Origin: Candidatus Omnitrophota bacterium
GTDB taxonomy: Bacteria > Omnitrophota > Gorgyraeia > Pluralincolimonadales > Pluralincolimonadaceae
Length of the DNA: 64,000 nt
Direction: 5' to 3'
Assembly: GCA_041651455.1 (NCBI GenBank)
Contig: JBAZJG010000003.1
Location: 18,517 to 82,516, forward strand
Shown here one piece after another: positions 29,297 through 39,468 of this stretch. Position numbers and translations under genes: made by a program. Under the pieces are notes generated by a model. It ran no database searches. It had not been told where the DNA came from and saw nothing but the letters and a program-made list of their open reading frames with translations. Position 1 is the first letter of the stretch. The number at the start of each line of letters is the position of its first letter.

Positions 29297-31474
29297 ATGA
29301 GTAACAGAATAGAAACAAAGCTTGGAAGGGAAAACCTGATATTTGAGACAGGCAAGATGGCCAAACAGGCCCACGGCGCCGTCATGGTCCAGTACGGCGG
29401 CACGGTGGTGCTCGTTACGGCTGTGATGGCGAAGGAACCCAGGGAAGCCAGGGATATTGATTTCGTCCCGCTTACCGTTGAATACCAGGAGAAGAACTAT
29501 GCCGCCGGAAAGATACCGGGCGGATTTTTTAAGCGCGAAGGAAGGCCCTCCGAGAAAGAGGTCCTTACCGCTCGCCTTATAGACAGGCCGATAAGGCCTT
29601 TGTTCCCTGCGGGCATTTCGCATGAGATCCAGATAATGGCTCTCGTGCTTTCGCACGACGGGGAGAACGACCCGGATGTCCTAGCGCTCAACGCGGCTTC
29701 ATGCGCGCTTGCGATATCCGATATACCGTTCGATTACATAATAGGAGCGGTAAGGGTCGGAATGATAGAAGGCGAACTTGTCATAAACCCGACATTCGCG
29801 GAGCTTGAGAAGAGCTCGCTCGATATAGTCGTGGTCGGAACGAAGGACAGGATCGTGATGATCGAGTCCGGCATGAACGAGCTGACCGAAGAGGACGTCG
29901 TAAAGGCCATAGAGTTCGGACATAAGAACCTTATAGCTTCGATAGAACTCCAGGAGAAGATGAAGAAGGAGTGCGGAAGGACGAAGCTGACAGACGTAAA
30001 GATAAATACTGTAAACGAGGAGCTTTACAAAAAGGTCGGGGAGCTTGCGCTCGACAAGGTAAAGGAAGTCGAGCAGAAGTCGAGCAAGGAAGAGCGCGAA
30101 GAATTGATGGCGATCCTTGCAAAGGACCTTATAGAGAAACTGGTAGTCGAGGGCGCGGAATGGAGCGAGAACGACGTCAAGAACGCGCTGATAAAGCTCG
30201 AGAAGGAACGCGTAAGGCAGTCGATACTTAAGGACAAGAGAAGGGTCGACGGCCGCGGTTTCAAGGACATAAGGCAGATATCCGGCGAGGTCGGAGTGCT
30301 TCCGAGGACTCACGGCTCGGCCCTGTTCACCCGCGGGCAAACGCAGAGCTTATCCGTCACAACTCTCGGGACATCCGCCGACGAGCAGACGATAGACGCG
30401 CTTGAGGGCGAGACATCGAAGTCCTTCATGCTGCATTACAATTTCCCGTCCTTCTCCGTCGGAGAGGTCAAGCCCGTCAGGGGCCCGGGAAGGCGTGAGA
30501 TAGGGCACGGTGCACTGGCCGAGAGAGGCCTTAAGCCCGTGATGCCTACCAAGGAAGAATTCCCGTACACGGTCAGGGTCGTTTCAGAGGTACTCGAATC
30601 AAACGGTTCATCCTCGATGGCCACGGTCTGTGCGGGCACATTATCGCTTATGGACGCAGGCGTGCCCATCAAAGCCCCCGTAGGCGGCATAGCGATAGGG
30701 CTTGTCAAGGAAGGCAATGAGCATGTGGTCCTTACCGACATAGCCGGCCTCGAAGACCATTTCGGAGACATGGATTTCAAGGTCACCGGGACGGAAAAGG
30801 GCATAACGGCAGTGCAGATGGACCTTAAGATAGACGGTATCGGTTTCGATATCATCAAGGAATCACTGCAGCACGCGAAAGAGGCGAGGAAGACGATACT
30901 TGAGAAGATAAGGCAGACGCTCGCCGAACCGAGGAAAGAGCTCTCGAAATATGCGCCGAGGATAGTGTCCTTCAAGATCAATCCCGACAAGATACGCGAT
31001 GTTATCGGGCCCGGCGGCAAGGTCATACGCAAGATAATCGAGGACACCGGGGTCACGATCGACATCGAAGATGACGGTACGGTCAATGTCGCATCGGCGG
31101 ACGGGCCGGCGCTCCAAAAAGCGATAGACATAATCAACAAACTCACAGAAGCGCCCGAAGTCGGAAAGATATACATGGGCAAAGTAAAGAGGATAATGCC
31201 TTTCGGTGCCTTCGTCGAGATTTTGCCGGGACAGGAAGGCCTCGTCCACGTATCCGAGATGTCCAACGAGTATGTAAAGAACGTGGATGATGTCGTCAAG
31301 CTCGGCGATGAATTCCCGGTCAAGCTAATGGAGATAGACGACCAGAACAGGCTCAACCTCAGCAGGAAAGCCGCAATGCCGGGCGCAGTAGACAGCCCGC
31401 CGGGCGAAAGGCCTCAGAGGGAGCGCAGGGAACCGAGAGAAGGCAGAGACGAAAGGAGACATCATAGGAAGTGA
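29297..31474 (+). CDS. pnp: Polynucleotide phosphorylase
   Basis: 725 aa: two RNase PH domains, KH, S1, and a basic R/E-rich C-terminal tail. Confidence 0.9.
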   Translation: MSNRIETKLGRENLIFETGKMAKQAHGAVMVQYGGTVVLVTAVMAKEPREARDIDFVPLTVEYQEKNYAAGKIPGGFFKREGRPSEKEVLTARLIDRPIRPLFPAGISHEIQIMALVLSHDGENDPDVLALNAASCALAISDIPFDYIIGAVRVGMIEGELVINPTFAELEKSSLDIVVVGTKDRIVMIESGMNELTEEDVVKAIEFGHKNLIASIELQEKMKKECGRTKLTDVKINTVNEELYKKVGELALDKVKEVEQKSSKEEREELMAILAKDLIEKLVVEGAEWSENDVKNALIKLEKERVRQSILKDKRRVDGRGFKDIRQISGEVGVLPRTHGSALFTRGQTQSLSVTTLGTSADEQTIDALEGETSKSFMLHYNFPSFSVGEVKPVRGPGRREIGHGALAERGLKPVMPTKEEFPYTVRVVSEVLESNGSSSMATVCAGTLSLMDAGVPIKAPVGGIAIGLVKEGNEHVVLTDIAGLEDHFGDMDFKVTGTEKGITAVQMDLKIDGIGFDIIKESLQHAKEARKTILEKIRQTLAEPRKELSKYAPRIVSFKINPDKIRDVIGPGGKVIRKIIEDTGVTIDIEDDGTVNVASADGPALQKAIDIINKLTEAPEVGKIYMGKVKRIMPFGAFVEILPGQEGLVHVSEMSNEYVKNVDDVVKLGDEFPVKLMEIDDQNRLNLSRKAAMPGAVDSPPGERPQRERREPREGRDERRHHRK

Positions 31475-33711
31475 AGCAAGAGAGGATAAACGAGATTTGG
31501 GGCGTTCTTCTCTTCGCCTTAAGTGTCCTTATCTTCATAAGCCTGATCTCTTATGATCCGAACGACCTCCAAGTCTTTACGTCCCATCCTAACGTTTATA
31601 CGCGGAACTACGCTGGCATTATAGGCGCGTATGTAGCTGCAGGCCTGTTCAACCTGATAGGTTTCAGCGGGTATATAATACCCGCGTTAACCGCGACATG
31701 GGCTATAGGCAAGTTCCTTAATAAGGTCCCGCAGAAGTTCTATTTCAAACTTCTCGGGACCTCTTTTCTTTTTATCGCTTCAAGCGCTATCCTCAGCATG
31801 GCATCATCACCTCAGAGCAACGCCGTAAAAGTACACTACGGCGGCATGCTGGGACTATTCTTCTCGAATTTCTTCGTTAGATATCTCGGCAACGTCGGAG
31901 CGTGGGTCATGGTAATAGTGCTCGGGGCGCTTTCCATCCTGCTTGCAACGGAATTCCTTATCCTTCCGGTACTTATATCATTATATAACGCGGTAACGGA
32001 GCTTTTCGCCGCCATATTCAGACGGCCGCAGCCAAGGCAGGAAAAGCCGAGGCAGAAAGAGATTCCGGCAAAAGAGCCGTCTCTGAAGAAAGCGTTCGAG
32101 CAGATCAAGGCGGAGGTGTCGAAGAACCAGGAACAGAAGAAGAAAGAGATACCGGAGGAACCCAGGCCCGCGGCTATCGTCGATATAAAGAAGGTCATAA
32201 AAACCGAAGAGGCGAAGGCCTACCCGGTAAAGGTCATTAAAAAGTCCGTAGGCGATTACAAGCTTCCGGATATGAGCCTGCTGGATTCGCCGCCCCCGAT
32301 GGAGGAGCGCAAGATCAGCGACGACCTTGACGCGAGCGCCAAGATACTCGAGGAGACGCTTCGCGATTTTGGGATCGAGGTAAAGGTCACGGCGGTCGAG
32401 CGCGGCCCTGTAATAACAAGGTATGAGCTAGAGCCCGCGCCGGGCGTAAAGGTAACTAAGATAACGAGCCTCTCCGACGATATCGCGCTTGCGATGAAGG
32501 CCCAGAGCGTCAGGATAGTCGCCCCAATACCAGGGAAGGCAAGGGTCGGCGTCGAGGTGCCGAATTCGTCCAGCGCGATGGTATACCTAAAAGAGATACT
32601 GCAATCATCCGAGTTCCAGAATGCGAAGTCGAAGTTGACTCTTGCGCTCGGTAAAGATATAGCCGGTGTCCCGGTAATCGCGGACCTTAGCACGATGCCG
32701 CATATGCTCATTGCGGGCACCACGGGCGCCGGAAAGACAGTCTGCGTGAACGCGATAATAAGCTCGATGCTGTTTAACGCGTCACCGGACGAGGTCAAGT
32801 TCCTGATGGTGGACCCGAAGATGGTAGAGCTCGCGATGTTCAACGGACTGCCGCACTTATTGTGCCCCGTGGTCACGGACCACAAGAAGGTATCGGGCGC
32901 GCTGAACTGGGTAGTAAATGAGATGGAGTCCCGTTACAGGCTCTTCGCGAGGCTTGCCGTACGGAACATCGAATATTTCCACGAAAAGAAGAATAAGGGC
33001 GATTTTAAGGGCCAGGAAGACGTTCCGGAGGTGCTGCCGTATATAGTAGTCATAATCGATGAGCTTGCGGACCTTATGATAGTCGCAGCACAGGAGGTCG
33101 AGAACGCGATAACAAGGCTCTCACAGCTGTCGAGGGCCGTTGGTATACATATCATACTCGCTACGCAGAGGCCGTCCGTGGATGTTGTTACCGGCGTCAT
33201 AAAGGCGAATTTCCCAGCGAGGATATCCTTCAAGGTCGCCTCAAAAGTGGACTCAAGGACGGTACTCGACATGAACGGCGCGGACAAACTGCTCGGAAAG
33301 GGCGACATGCTCTTCATGAAGCCCGGGGACGCGAAACCGACCCGCGCGCAGGCCTGCCTCGTAAAGGACTCAGAGATAGAGAGGGTCATCAAATTCATAA
33401 AAGAACAAAGGTCCGCCGAATACGATGAGGAGATACTGAAGGAGCAGGATAAGAAGGGCCACGGCGGCAAGACATACGAGAAGGACGATATGTATGAGGA
33501 AGCCGTAAAGATGGTCCTGGACACAAAACAGGCCTCGGTGTCGATGCTGCAGAGGAGGCTCGGGCTCGGATATACACGTTCCGCGCGGCTTGTAGATACG
33601 ATGGAAGCGGAAGGCATTGTAGGACCATATAACGGCTCGAAGCCGCGGGAAATACTCATAGATACTATGGAGGCCGTAAAAGCCAAATGGAATCAATCGG
33701 GTCGAGATTAA
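31471..33711 (+). CDS. ftsK: DNA translocase FtsK/SpoIIIE
   Basis: N-terminal TM helices, a linker, the motor domain with Walker A GTTGAGKT and Walker B, and a C-terminal gamma winged helix. Confidence 0.9.
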   Translation: MKQERINEIWGVLLFALSVLIFISLISYDPNDLQVFTSHPNVYTRNYAGIIGAYVAAGLFNLIGFSGYIIPALTATWAIGKFLNKVPQKFYFKLLGTSFLFIASSAILSMASSPQSNAVKVHYGGMLGLFFSNFFVRYLGNVGAWVMVIVLGALSILLATEFLILPVLISLYNAVTELFAAIFRRPQPRQEKPRQKEIPAKEPSLKKAFEQIKAEVSKNQEQKKKEIPEEPRPAAIVDIKKVIKTEEAKAYPVKVIKKSVGDYKLPDMSLLDSPPPMEERKISDDLDASAKILEETLRDFGIEVKVTAVERGPVITRYELEPAPGVKVTKITSLSDDIALAMKAQSVRIVAPIPGKARVGVEVPNSSSAMVYLKEILQSSEFQNAKSKLTLALGKDIAGVPVIADLSTMPHMLIAGTTGAGKTVCVNAIISSMLFNASPDEVKFLMVDPKMVELAMFNGLPHLLCPVVTDHKKVSGALNWVVNEMESRYRLFARLAVRNIEYFHEKKNKGDFKGQEDVPEVLPYIVVIIDELADLMIVAAQEVENAITRLSQLSRAVGIHIILATQRPSVDVVTGVIKANFPARISFKVASKVDSRTVLDMNGADKLLGKGDMLFMKPGDAKPTRAQACLVKDSEIERVIKFIKEQRSAEYDEEILKEQDKKGHGGKTYEKDDMYEEAVKMVLDTKQASVSMLQRRLGLGYTRSARLVDTMEAEGIVGPYNGSKPREILIDTMEAVKAKWNQSGRD

Positions 33712-34439
33712 GATCGGCGCGCGAGGAAAAGGGCATTTCGCTTGAGCAGGCGCAGAAAGACACGCGCATAAGCTCGAGGATACTTTCGGCGCTCGAGACT
33801 GATAAGATCGACCAGATGGTATCCGGCCCGGTCTACGTGAAAAGTTTCATAAAGAAATACGCGAACTACCTCGGCCTTGACGGGAATGCGGTAGCTGAGA
33901 GCTTTAGCGGCCAGAAGCCGGAGTTCAAGGAACAGATATCGGTGCTTGCAAAAGACGCCGGCGGCGGAGGGTTCCCGTACAGGAAGGTCGTCGCGGCAGT
34001 CGTGGCAATAGTCGTGATGATCGCGGCCGTTAAACTTGCCTCATTCGGAATCTCCAGGGCCGTCGCGTTCTTTAAATCCAGGCCGAAGGCGGTAAAAAAG
34101 ATAGAGCCCGCCAAGGCCAAGCCGGCCCCCAAACCTGCGGCAAAAGCCGCTAAAGAACCTGCAGCGCCTGCCGTCATTCCGCCCGCCGTACAGATACCTA
34201 AGGGCGAATCCATAGTTCTCTCGGTAAGATCAAAAGCAGATACATACCTGAAGGTTAGGTCCGACGGAATGGTAATTTTCGACGGCACGCTTGAAAAGGG
34301 TTCGGAAGAGAAGTGGGAAGCGAAGAATTCCTTCGAAATATCCACGAGTAAAGCAGAAGCCCTGTCGGTAGGCCTCAACGGAACCGACATCGGGGCGCTC
34401 GGTAAGGGCGCAGTCAAAGGCCTGAAGCTACCTAAATAA
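33687..34439 (+). CDS. rodZ: RodZ-like cytoskeleton protein (HTH-XRE + TM + DUF4115-like C-terminal domain)
   Basis: N-terminal HTH (GSRLRSAREEKGISLEQAQKDTRIS), one TM, a P/A/K-rich linker and a C-terminal beta domain. Confidence 0.6.
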   Translation: MESIGSRLRSAREEKGISLEQAQKDTRISSRILSALETDKIDQMVSGPVYVKSFIKKYANYLGLDGNAVAESFSGQKPEFKEQISVLAKDAGGGGFPYRKVVAAVVAIVVMIAAVKLASFGISRAVAFFKSRPKAVKKIEPAKAKPAPKPAAKAAKEPAAPAVIPPAVQIPKGESIVLSVRSKADTYLKVRSDGMVIFDGTLEKGSEEKWEAKNSFEISTSKAEALSVGLNGTDIGALGKGAVKGLKLPK

Positions 34440-34450
34440 CCCAATCCAAA

Positions 34451-35794
34451 ATGACGAAAAAAATTGCGCTTATCTCGCTCGGATGCGCGAGAAACCTGGT
34501 GGATTCCGAGGTGATACTTGGGACTTTAAAAAAGTCCGGGTATAAGATCACGGATTCGCCGTCGGGCGCCGATATAGCGATAGTGAATACCTGTTCCTTC
34601 GTTGAAGACGCCAAGAAGGAATCGATAGAGACCATACTGGACCTTATTGAGTTAAAAGGCAGGAAGAAGCTGAAGGGGATAATCGTCGCCGGATGCCTGT
34701 CTCAGAGATACGGGCAGGAGCTTGCCGTGGAGCTGGCTGAGGTGGACGGTTTCGTGGGCGTCGATGCCGCGGAGAGGCTGCCGTCACTGATAAAAAGTCT
34801 TGCCTTGGGCCGGAAATCGGATATAATTTTACGTGAGCCAAGATACCTTTATAATGACAGGAGCCCGAGGCTCAGCCTTACGCCGAAGCATTACGCGTAC
34901 GTGAAGATCTCCGAAGGTTGCTCGCACAGATGTTCATTCTGCATCATACCTGCAATAAGAGGGCCGCATAGGAGCCGCACTGCCGGTTCGGTCCTGAACG
35001 AAGCCCGCTGCCTTATAGCAAAAGGCGTCAAAGAGATAAACATAATAGGGCAGGATACATCGATCTACGGTAAGGATATATACGGACGGTATTCGCTGGC
35101 ATCCCTGTTAAGGAAACTGTCTCGCCTGCAGGGAGCTAACTGGATAAGGTTGCTCTACGGCCATCCAGAACATATAACTGATGAGCTTATATCGGTTATA
35201 TCGGAAGAGGCGCATATATGCAAATATATAGACATACCGGTCCAGCATATCAGCGGTAAGATACTGAAGGCGATGGGAAGGAACCCGTCCGGGACGCAGG
35301 TAAGGGACCTCATACACAAATTGAGGAAGAGGATACCGGGTGTTGCATTGCGGACATCACTCATAGTCGGTTTTCCGGGTGAAGGTGAAAGGGAATTTGG
35401 GGAATTGAGGGATTTCGTGAAAGAGGCGGGGTTCGAAAGGCTTGGGGCGTTCAGGTATTCGGCTGAGGAGGGTACTGCGGCCGCAAAGCTGAAGGGCCAG
35501 GTCCCCGAGAAGACCAAGGCCTCCCGCTGGAACGAGATAATGCGCATCCAGCAGGGTATCTCAGAGAAGATGAACAGGAGCATCATCGGGAATGAGCTCG
35601 ATATCCTTATAGATGAGCCCGACCCCGCGGATAAAGGCGTCTTCCTCGGGCGTTCGTATATGGATGCCCCCGAGATCGACGGGACCGTATTCGTTAGGGG
35701 AACGGGGATAAAAGCAGGCGATATGGTAAGGGTCAGGGTCGTTGACGGTTATGAATACGACCTGGTCGCTGAAAAGTTGCAAAGGAGGCAATAA
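34451..35794 (+). CDS. rimO: Ribosomal protein S12 methylthiotransferase RimO (radical SAM)
   Basis: MTTase N-terminal domain, radical SAM CSHRCSFC motif, and a C-terminal TRAM domain. Confidence 0.85.
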   Translation: MTKKIALISLGCARNLVDSEVILGTLKKSGYKITDSPSGADIAIVNTCSFVEDAKKESIETILDLIELKGRKKLKGIIVAGCLSQRYGQELAVELAEVDGFVGVDAAERLPSLIKSLALGRKSDIILREPRYLYNDRSPRLSLTPKHYAYVKISEGCSHRCSFCIIPAIRGPHRSRTAGSVLNEARCLIAKGVKEINIIGQDTSIYGKDIYGRYSLASLLRKLSRLQGANWIRLLYGHPEHITDELISVISEEAHICKYIDIPVQHISGKILKAMGRNPSGTQVRDLIHKLRKRIPGVALRTSLIVGFPGEGEREFGELRDFVKEAGFERLGAFRYSAEEGTAAAKLKGQVPEKTKASRWNEIMRIQQGISEKMNRSIIGNELDILIDEPDPADKGVFLGRSYMDAPEIDGTVFVRGTGIKAGDMVRVRVVDGYEYDLVAEKLQRRQ

Positions 35795-36579
35795 TGTCCG
35801 GCTTGAAGAGCAGTATAGGAAGGGAAAAGAAAATAAGTGAGATCGCCGAAATCATCTATGCCGACAACCGCAGGAAAGGCCTTCCCGCAGACCCGATGAG
35901 GGACTGGAAACACGCGGAGCAGATCTACGATGACAAGACGCTATACTATGGATGGTGGCTGCCCGGAAGGTTCATACAGAAATATTATTACAAAATAATT
36001 GCCGTGACGCTCGCGACCATAGTGCTATTGATAGCATGGAACATAAAGACCGGCCAGGACCTGAAAGAGATAGATATCAGGCCGTACGTCTCGGTCGACA
36101 TGATCGACCCTATGCAGATAAACGATACGGAAGGCAAAAACGTATATTTCGGGAACTATATAATACTCAACAATACCGGTAAGACCCCTGCGGCGAACGT
36201 ATCCATAAGGTATTACCTGACCTCGGAGGCGGAAAAGGCGAATACGCCGGGACAGAAGTGGATCGACCAGAAGATCGAAGGCATCAGCACGCTGGGATTC
36301 ATAGCTCCCGGGACGTTCACGAAAGAACCGAGCTTCAAGGCGTTATCGCCATCGGCGAAATATTACTATTTCGAGGCGATCGTCTCATACCAGGGGTTGT
36401 CGTCTCCCAAAAGGTACTGGACGCACGTGAGGAAGGTCTTCAGGTTCGACAGGGCCGAAGGCAAGTTCGTTATAGCCCTCAGCGACAGCGAATGGGACAT
36501 GAACCGCGATTTCGGCGTGCCGCCGATATCGACCGTCAAAGAGATAGACGGCCTTATGATGCAGCTGAAGAACAAATGA
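35794..36579 (+). CDS. Hypothetical membrane-anchored protein (N-terminal DUF2934-like motif, one TM, unknown C-terminal domain)
   Basis: 261 aa. N-terminus ...IAEIIYADNRRKGLPADPMRDWKHAEQI resembles the DUF2934 signature; TM at ~60-85. ATGA-coupled to pgsA. Confidence 0.45.
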   Translation: MSGLKSSIGREKKISEIAEIIYADNRRKGLPADPMRDWKHAEQIYDDKTLYYGWWLPGRFIQKYYYKIIAVTLATIVLLIAWNIKTGQDLKEIDIRPYVSVDMIDPMQINDTEGKNVYFGNYIILNNTGKTPAANVSIRYYLTSEAEKANTPGQKWIDQKIEGISTLGFIAPGTFTKEPSFKALSPSAKYYYFEAIVSYQGLSSPKRYWTHVRKVFRFDRAEGKFVIALSDSEWDMNRDFGVPPISTVKEIDGLMMQLKNK

Positions 36580-37148
36580 ATATCTCGAATAAGCTGACAA
36601 TATCGAGGATATTCCTTACATTCGTTTTTATGTATTTTGTTTTCGCGAGGTGGCCCGGCGCGAAATATTTCGCGTTCATCACATTCCTTGCCGCCTCGCT
36701 TACGGACTATTATGACGGTTATTTCGCGAGAAAGAACGGCAGCTTCACCGATTTCGGAAAGCTTATGGACCCGATAGCTGACAAGATACTCGTGCTTTCC
36801 GCATTCCTTGCGTTCGTCGAGATGAAGCTGATACCCGCCTGGACGGTCCTGATAATCGTAGCGAGGGAGGTAACGGTGACGGGACTCAGGATATTCGCTC
36901 TCACCAAAGGAAAGGTCATTGAAGCGGAGGAGGCGGGAAAACACAAGACAGTATCGCAGATGATAGCGATATTCATGATATTGATATTCCTGATGTTCAG
37001 GGAGGCCGGGAAGTCGCTCTCTTTCTGGAACTGCGATACGGAGATATGGGTAAAGAACCTGATATTTGTCGTGATGCTCGTGACCGTTTGCCTGACCATC
37101 ACGTCAGGCGTATCGTTTTTCATAAAGAACAGGAAGCTATTGTCTTGA
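36576..37148 (+). CDS. pgsA: CDP-diacylglycerol--glycerol-3-phosphate 3-phosphatidyltransferase
   Basis: Internal ATG at 36576 (MNISNKLTISRIFL...). The CDP-alcohol phosphatidyltransferase motif is D-x2-DGxxAR...G...D-x3-D. Confidence 0.85.
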   Translation: MNISNKLTISRIFLTFVFMYFVFARWPGAKYFAFITFLAASLTDYYDGYFARKNGSFTDFGKLMDPIADKILVLSAFLAFVEMKLIPAWTVLIIVAREVTVTGLRIFALTKGKVIEAEEAGKHKTVSQMIAIFMILIFLMFREAGKSLSFWNCDTEIWVKNLIFVVMLVTVCLTITSGVSFFIKNRKLLS

Positions 37149-37606
37149 AGACGGTGGTCAGGCTAGTCAGCACTTTCTTCTATTCAGGATTCGTCCCGCG
37201 TATTCCCGGAACTGCAGGTTCCGCCGCAGGGCTCCTTTTTGCGCTTCTTACGGTTTATGATACCAGGGTGTACCTGTCGTCGCTGGCCGTGTTGCTGGTG
37301 TCGGCGATGCTCGTTATCAGGCGCGCAGAAATACTCTTCGGCAGGAAGGATTCCGGAAAAATAGTCATAGACGAAGCGGTTGGCATGATGATAGCCCTGC
37401 TGTTCCTGCCGGTGGAACCGGCCTGCATTGCTGCGGCCTTTATATTCTTCAGGTTATTCGACATCCTCAAACCGTTCCCGATAAGTATGGCGGAGCGCGC
37501 ACCGAGCCCATTGGGAGTCGTTCTCGACGATATTATTGCGGGGATCTATGCTAACATTACCGTCAGGGTCGGTGCAGCATTGCTTTTGAAAGCGGCGTGT
37601 AGATAG
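37145..37606 (+). CDS. pgpA: Phosphatidylglycerophosphatase A
   Basis: Probable TTG start overlapping the pgsA stop. PgpA motifs GFVPRIPGTAGS and LDDIIAG. Confidence 0.7.
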   Translation: MKTVVRLVSTFFYSGFVPRIPGTAGSAAGLLFALLTVYDTRVYLSSLAVLLVSAMLVIRRAEILFGRKDSGKIVIDEAVGMMIALLFLPVEPACIAAAFIFFRLFDILKPFPISMAERAPSPLGVVLDDIIAGIYANITVRVGAALLLKAACR

Positions 37607-38138
37607 GGCCCCCCGGGGAGAGTTTGCTGCTGAAAAGGACCACGCTGTCAACGGGCGTCAGGGAAGAAGCAGGGAACGAGGAACGCTCGATGGCCTTTCT
37701 TAGCGAATCTGTGTTCTTCCCGCTCCTGACCCTTCCAATAGTTATATGCGGTGAAAAATCCCTTCCTTCTTCAGGTATCCCAAGTTCCGCGAGGCGTGAT
37801 GATATGGAAGCATACAGGGCTTCGGATTCCCGCCTGCCGTCGCCCACTCCCGCCCAGATGATCCTTGGGGAGGAGAGGCCGGGGAATGCGCCGACTCCTT
37901 TCAGCCCTAAATTGAACGGTCCGGACGCGGACACAGCTTCAGTAAGGGCTGTTTTAACGGAAGGTATAATCTGTTCGCCGCAGTCACCCAAAAAGCGGAG
38001 GGTAAGGTGTATATTCGCAGGGTCGACCCATTTTACGTCAGCTCCCGCTTCCTTTAAAGAGGACTGGAGATAATGCAGTTCACGGCGGGCTTCTCCGGAA
38101 AGTTCTATCGCTATAAAAACCCTCATACGGCCCTCCAT
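37563..38138 (-). CDS. thpR: RNA 2',3'-cyclic phosphodiesterase (ThpR/LigT, 2H family)
   Basis: Two H-x-T/S-x motifs (HLTLRFLG, HITIGRV). Alternative start ATG 38126 (MRVFIAIEL) has SD GGAGGG; the first ATG at 38138 sits 8 nt after a TATAAT. Confidence 0.8.
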   Translation of the reverse strand: MEGRMRVFIAIELSGEARRELHYLQSSLKEAGADVKWVDPANIHLTLRFLGDCGEQIIPSVKTALTEAVSASGPFNLGLKGVGAFPGLSSPRIIWAGVGDGRRESEALYASISSRLAELGIPEEGRDFSPHITIGRVRSGKNTDSLRKAIERSSFPASSLTPVDSVVLFSSKLSPGGPIYTPLSKAMLHRP

Positions 38139-38146
38139 AGCCAGCG

Positions 38147-38175
38147 ATTATACATTATGAATTTACATTAATCAA
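38147..38175 (-). promoter_or_regulatory. Putative promoter TTGATT-N17-TATAAT for thpR (minus strand)
   Basis: Reverse complement of 38170-38175 gives the -35 and of 38147-38152 the -10. The -10 ends 8 nt before ATG 38138. Confidence 0.4.
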
Positions 38176-38281
38176 CCAAATGGGGATACTCGACAGCCTC
38201 GAGAAAGAGACTAAAAGGGCACGCCGCGAAAAGCAACGCGGGAAGGACCAGTTACGCTGCCATCGGATATAGGAAGGAACC

Positions 38282-39415
38282 CTACAAAAGAGATACTCTG
38301 ATCAGGTCTAATGCGGCCTGTGAAGACCTGAATTTTATCACCTCGCGCTCGCCCCTGAAACGGAATTCCCTGCAGATCGTCCTGTCCGCCGATGAGAACG
38401 CAATATATACAAGGCCCACGGGCTTGTCTTTCACCGCCCCGGAAGGCCCGGCAATACCGGTTACCGAAAGCCCGATATCAGTTCCCGCCGATCTCCTTAT
38501 GTTTTTTGCCATCTCGACAGCCGTTTGCCTGCTGACCGCGCCGTGTTCCCGCAATGTAACGCTGCTGACCCCCAGCAAACGCGTTTTTATGTCGTTGGAA
38601 TAAGCAACGATGCCCGTTTTAAAATACGCGGAACTGCCGGGGACATCGGTAATGCGGCTCGATATCAACCCGCCGGTGCATGATTCCGCAACTGCAAGGG
38701 TCATGCGCGAACGCGACAGCAAGGCCCCGACGGCGCCTTCAAGCGTCTCATCGTCGCGGCCGAATATGTATTTGCCGAGGCGTGAGGTTATTTTCGCATC
38801 CGCCCTATCCAAAAGCGCCTTCGCCTGCTTTTCATCGGCCGCTTTCGCCATTATCTTCAATTCGACCAGCGCCGGCTTGGCGTAGATGCCTACGGTAAGT
38901 GGAGGAGGGCATTTAAGCAGGTCCCCGACCTTGCTGTCCGCAGCCGATTCGGACAGCCCGGTCATCCGTATTGTCCTGACCTTTAGCACTCCTTCGCTCC
39001 TGAACCTCTTCCTAAGGAACGGCGCCACTGAGCGCTCGAACATCGGATTGAGCTCCCTTGGGGGGCCCGGAAGCGCTATAAGCAGTTTTCCGCCTATCCC
39101 GTATATGAACCCGGGAGCTGTACCTAGCAGATTCTTGGCCGTTATCGAGCTTTCTACCGGGAATGTGCGGGATATCACCTGAAGCGTTATATCGTCTACG
39201 GTCGGCCCGAGACCGCCGGTCGTTATGACTATGTCGGAACGCCTGAGGCCGGTCTCGAGTGCGTTCGAAAGCCTGCCCGGGTTATCGCCTACGGTCGAAT
39301 GGTGGTACACGCCGATACCCAGGGCCGCAAGCTTCACGGATAACCATTGCTGGTTCGTGTTCAGTATCTGCCCAAGCAGTATTTCCGTTCCTATCGAGAT
39401 AATTTCCGCTTTCAT
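38282..39415 (-). CDS. cinA: Competence/damage-inducible protein CinA (MocF-like N-terminal domain + C-terminal NMN deamidase domain)
   Basis: MKAEIISIGTEIL start, CinA N- and C-terminal domains, 377 aa. Confidence 0.85.
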   Translation of the reverse strand: MKAEIISIGTEILLGQILNTNQQWLSVKLAALGIGVYHHSTVGDNPGRLSNALETGLRRSDIVITTGGLGPTVDDITLQVISRTFPVESSITAKNLLGTAPGFIYGIGGKLLIALPGPPRELNPMFERSVAPFLRKRFRSEGVLKVRTIRMTGLSESAADSKVGDLLKCPPPLTVGIYAKPALVELKIMAKAADEKQAKALLDRADAKITSRLGKYIFGRDDETLEGAVGALLSRSRMTLAVAESCTGGLISSRITDVPGSSAYFKTGIVAYSNDIKTRLLGVSSVTLREHGAVSRQTAVEMAKNIRRSAGTDIGLSVTGIAGPSGAVKDKPVGLVYIAFSSADRTICREFRFRGEREVIKFRSSQAALDLIRVSLL

Positions 39416-39422
39416 AACCTGG

Positions 39423-39428
39423 ATTATA
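39423..39428 (-). promoter_or_regulatory. Extended -10 (TGcTATAAT) 7 nt upstream of the cinA ATG (minus strand)
   Basis: The reverse complement of 39423-39431 reads TGCTATAAT, with no SD before the start. Confidence 0.4.
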
Positions 39429-39439
39429 GCATAAATGGC

Positions 39440-39468
39440 TTGCCACGGGACAACTAATCGGATATCAT
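39440..39468 (+). promoter_or_regulatory. Putative promoter TTGCCA-N17-TATCAT for the discoidin-GH gene
   Basis: -35 at 39440-39445 and -10 at 39463-39468; SD AGGAGGGAAGG precedes ATG 39505. Confidence 0.4.

Noticed and set aside
34451-35794. rimO as the missing radical SAM partner of the AMMECR1/MEMO1 pair
   Set aside because: It has the full MiaB-like MTTase architecture (N-terminal MTTase domain plus TRAM) typical of RimO and lies 30 kb away in a different operon.
36258-36575. N-terminal 106 codons of ORF 36258-37148
   Set aside because: They overlap the upstream gene out of frame. The PgsA homology and the ATGA coupling begin at ATG 36576.
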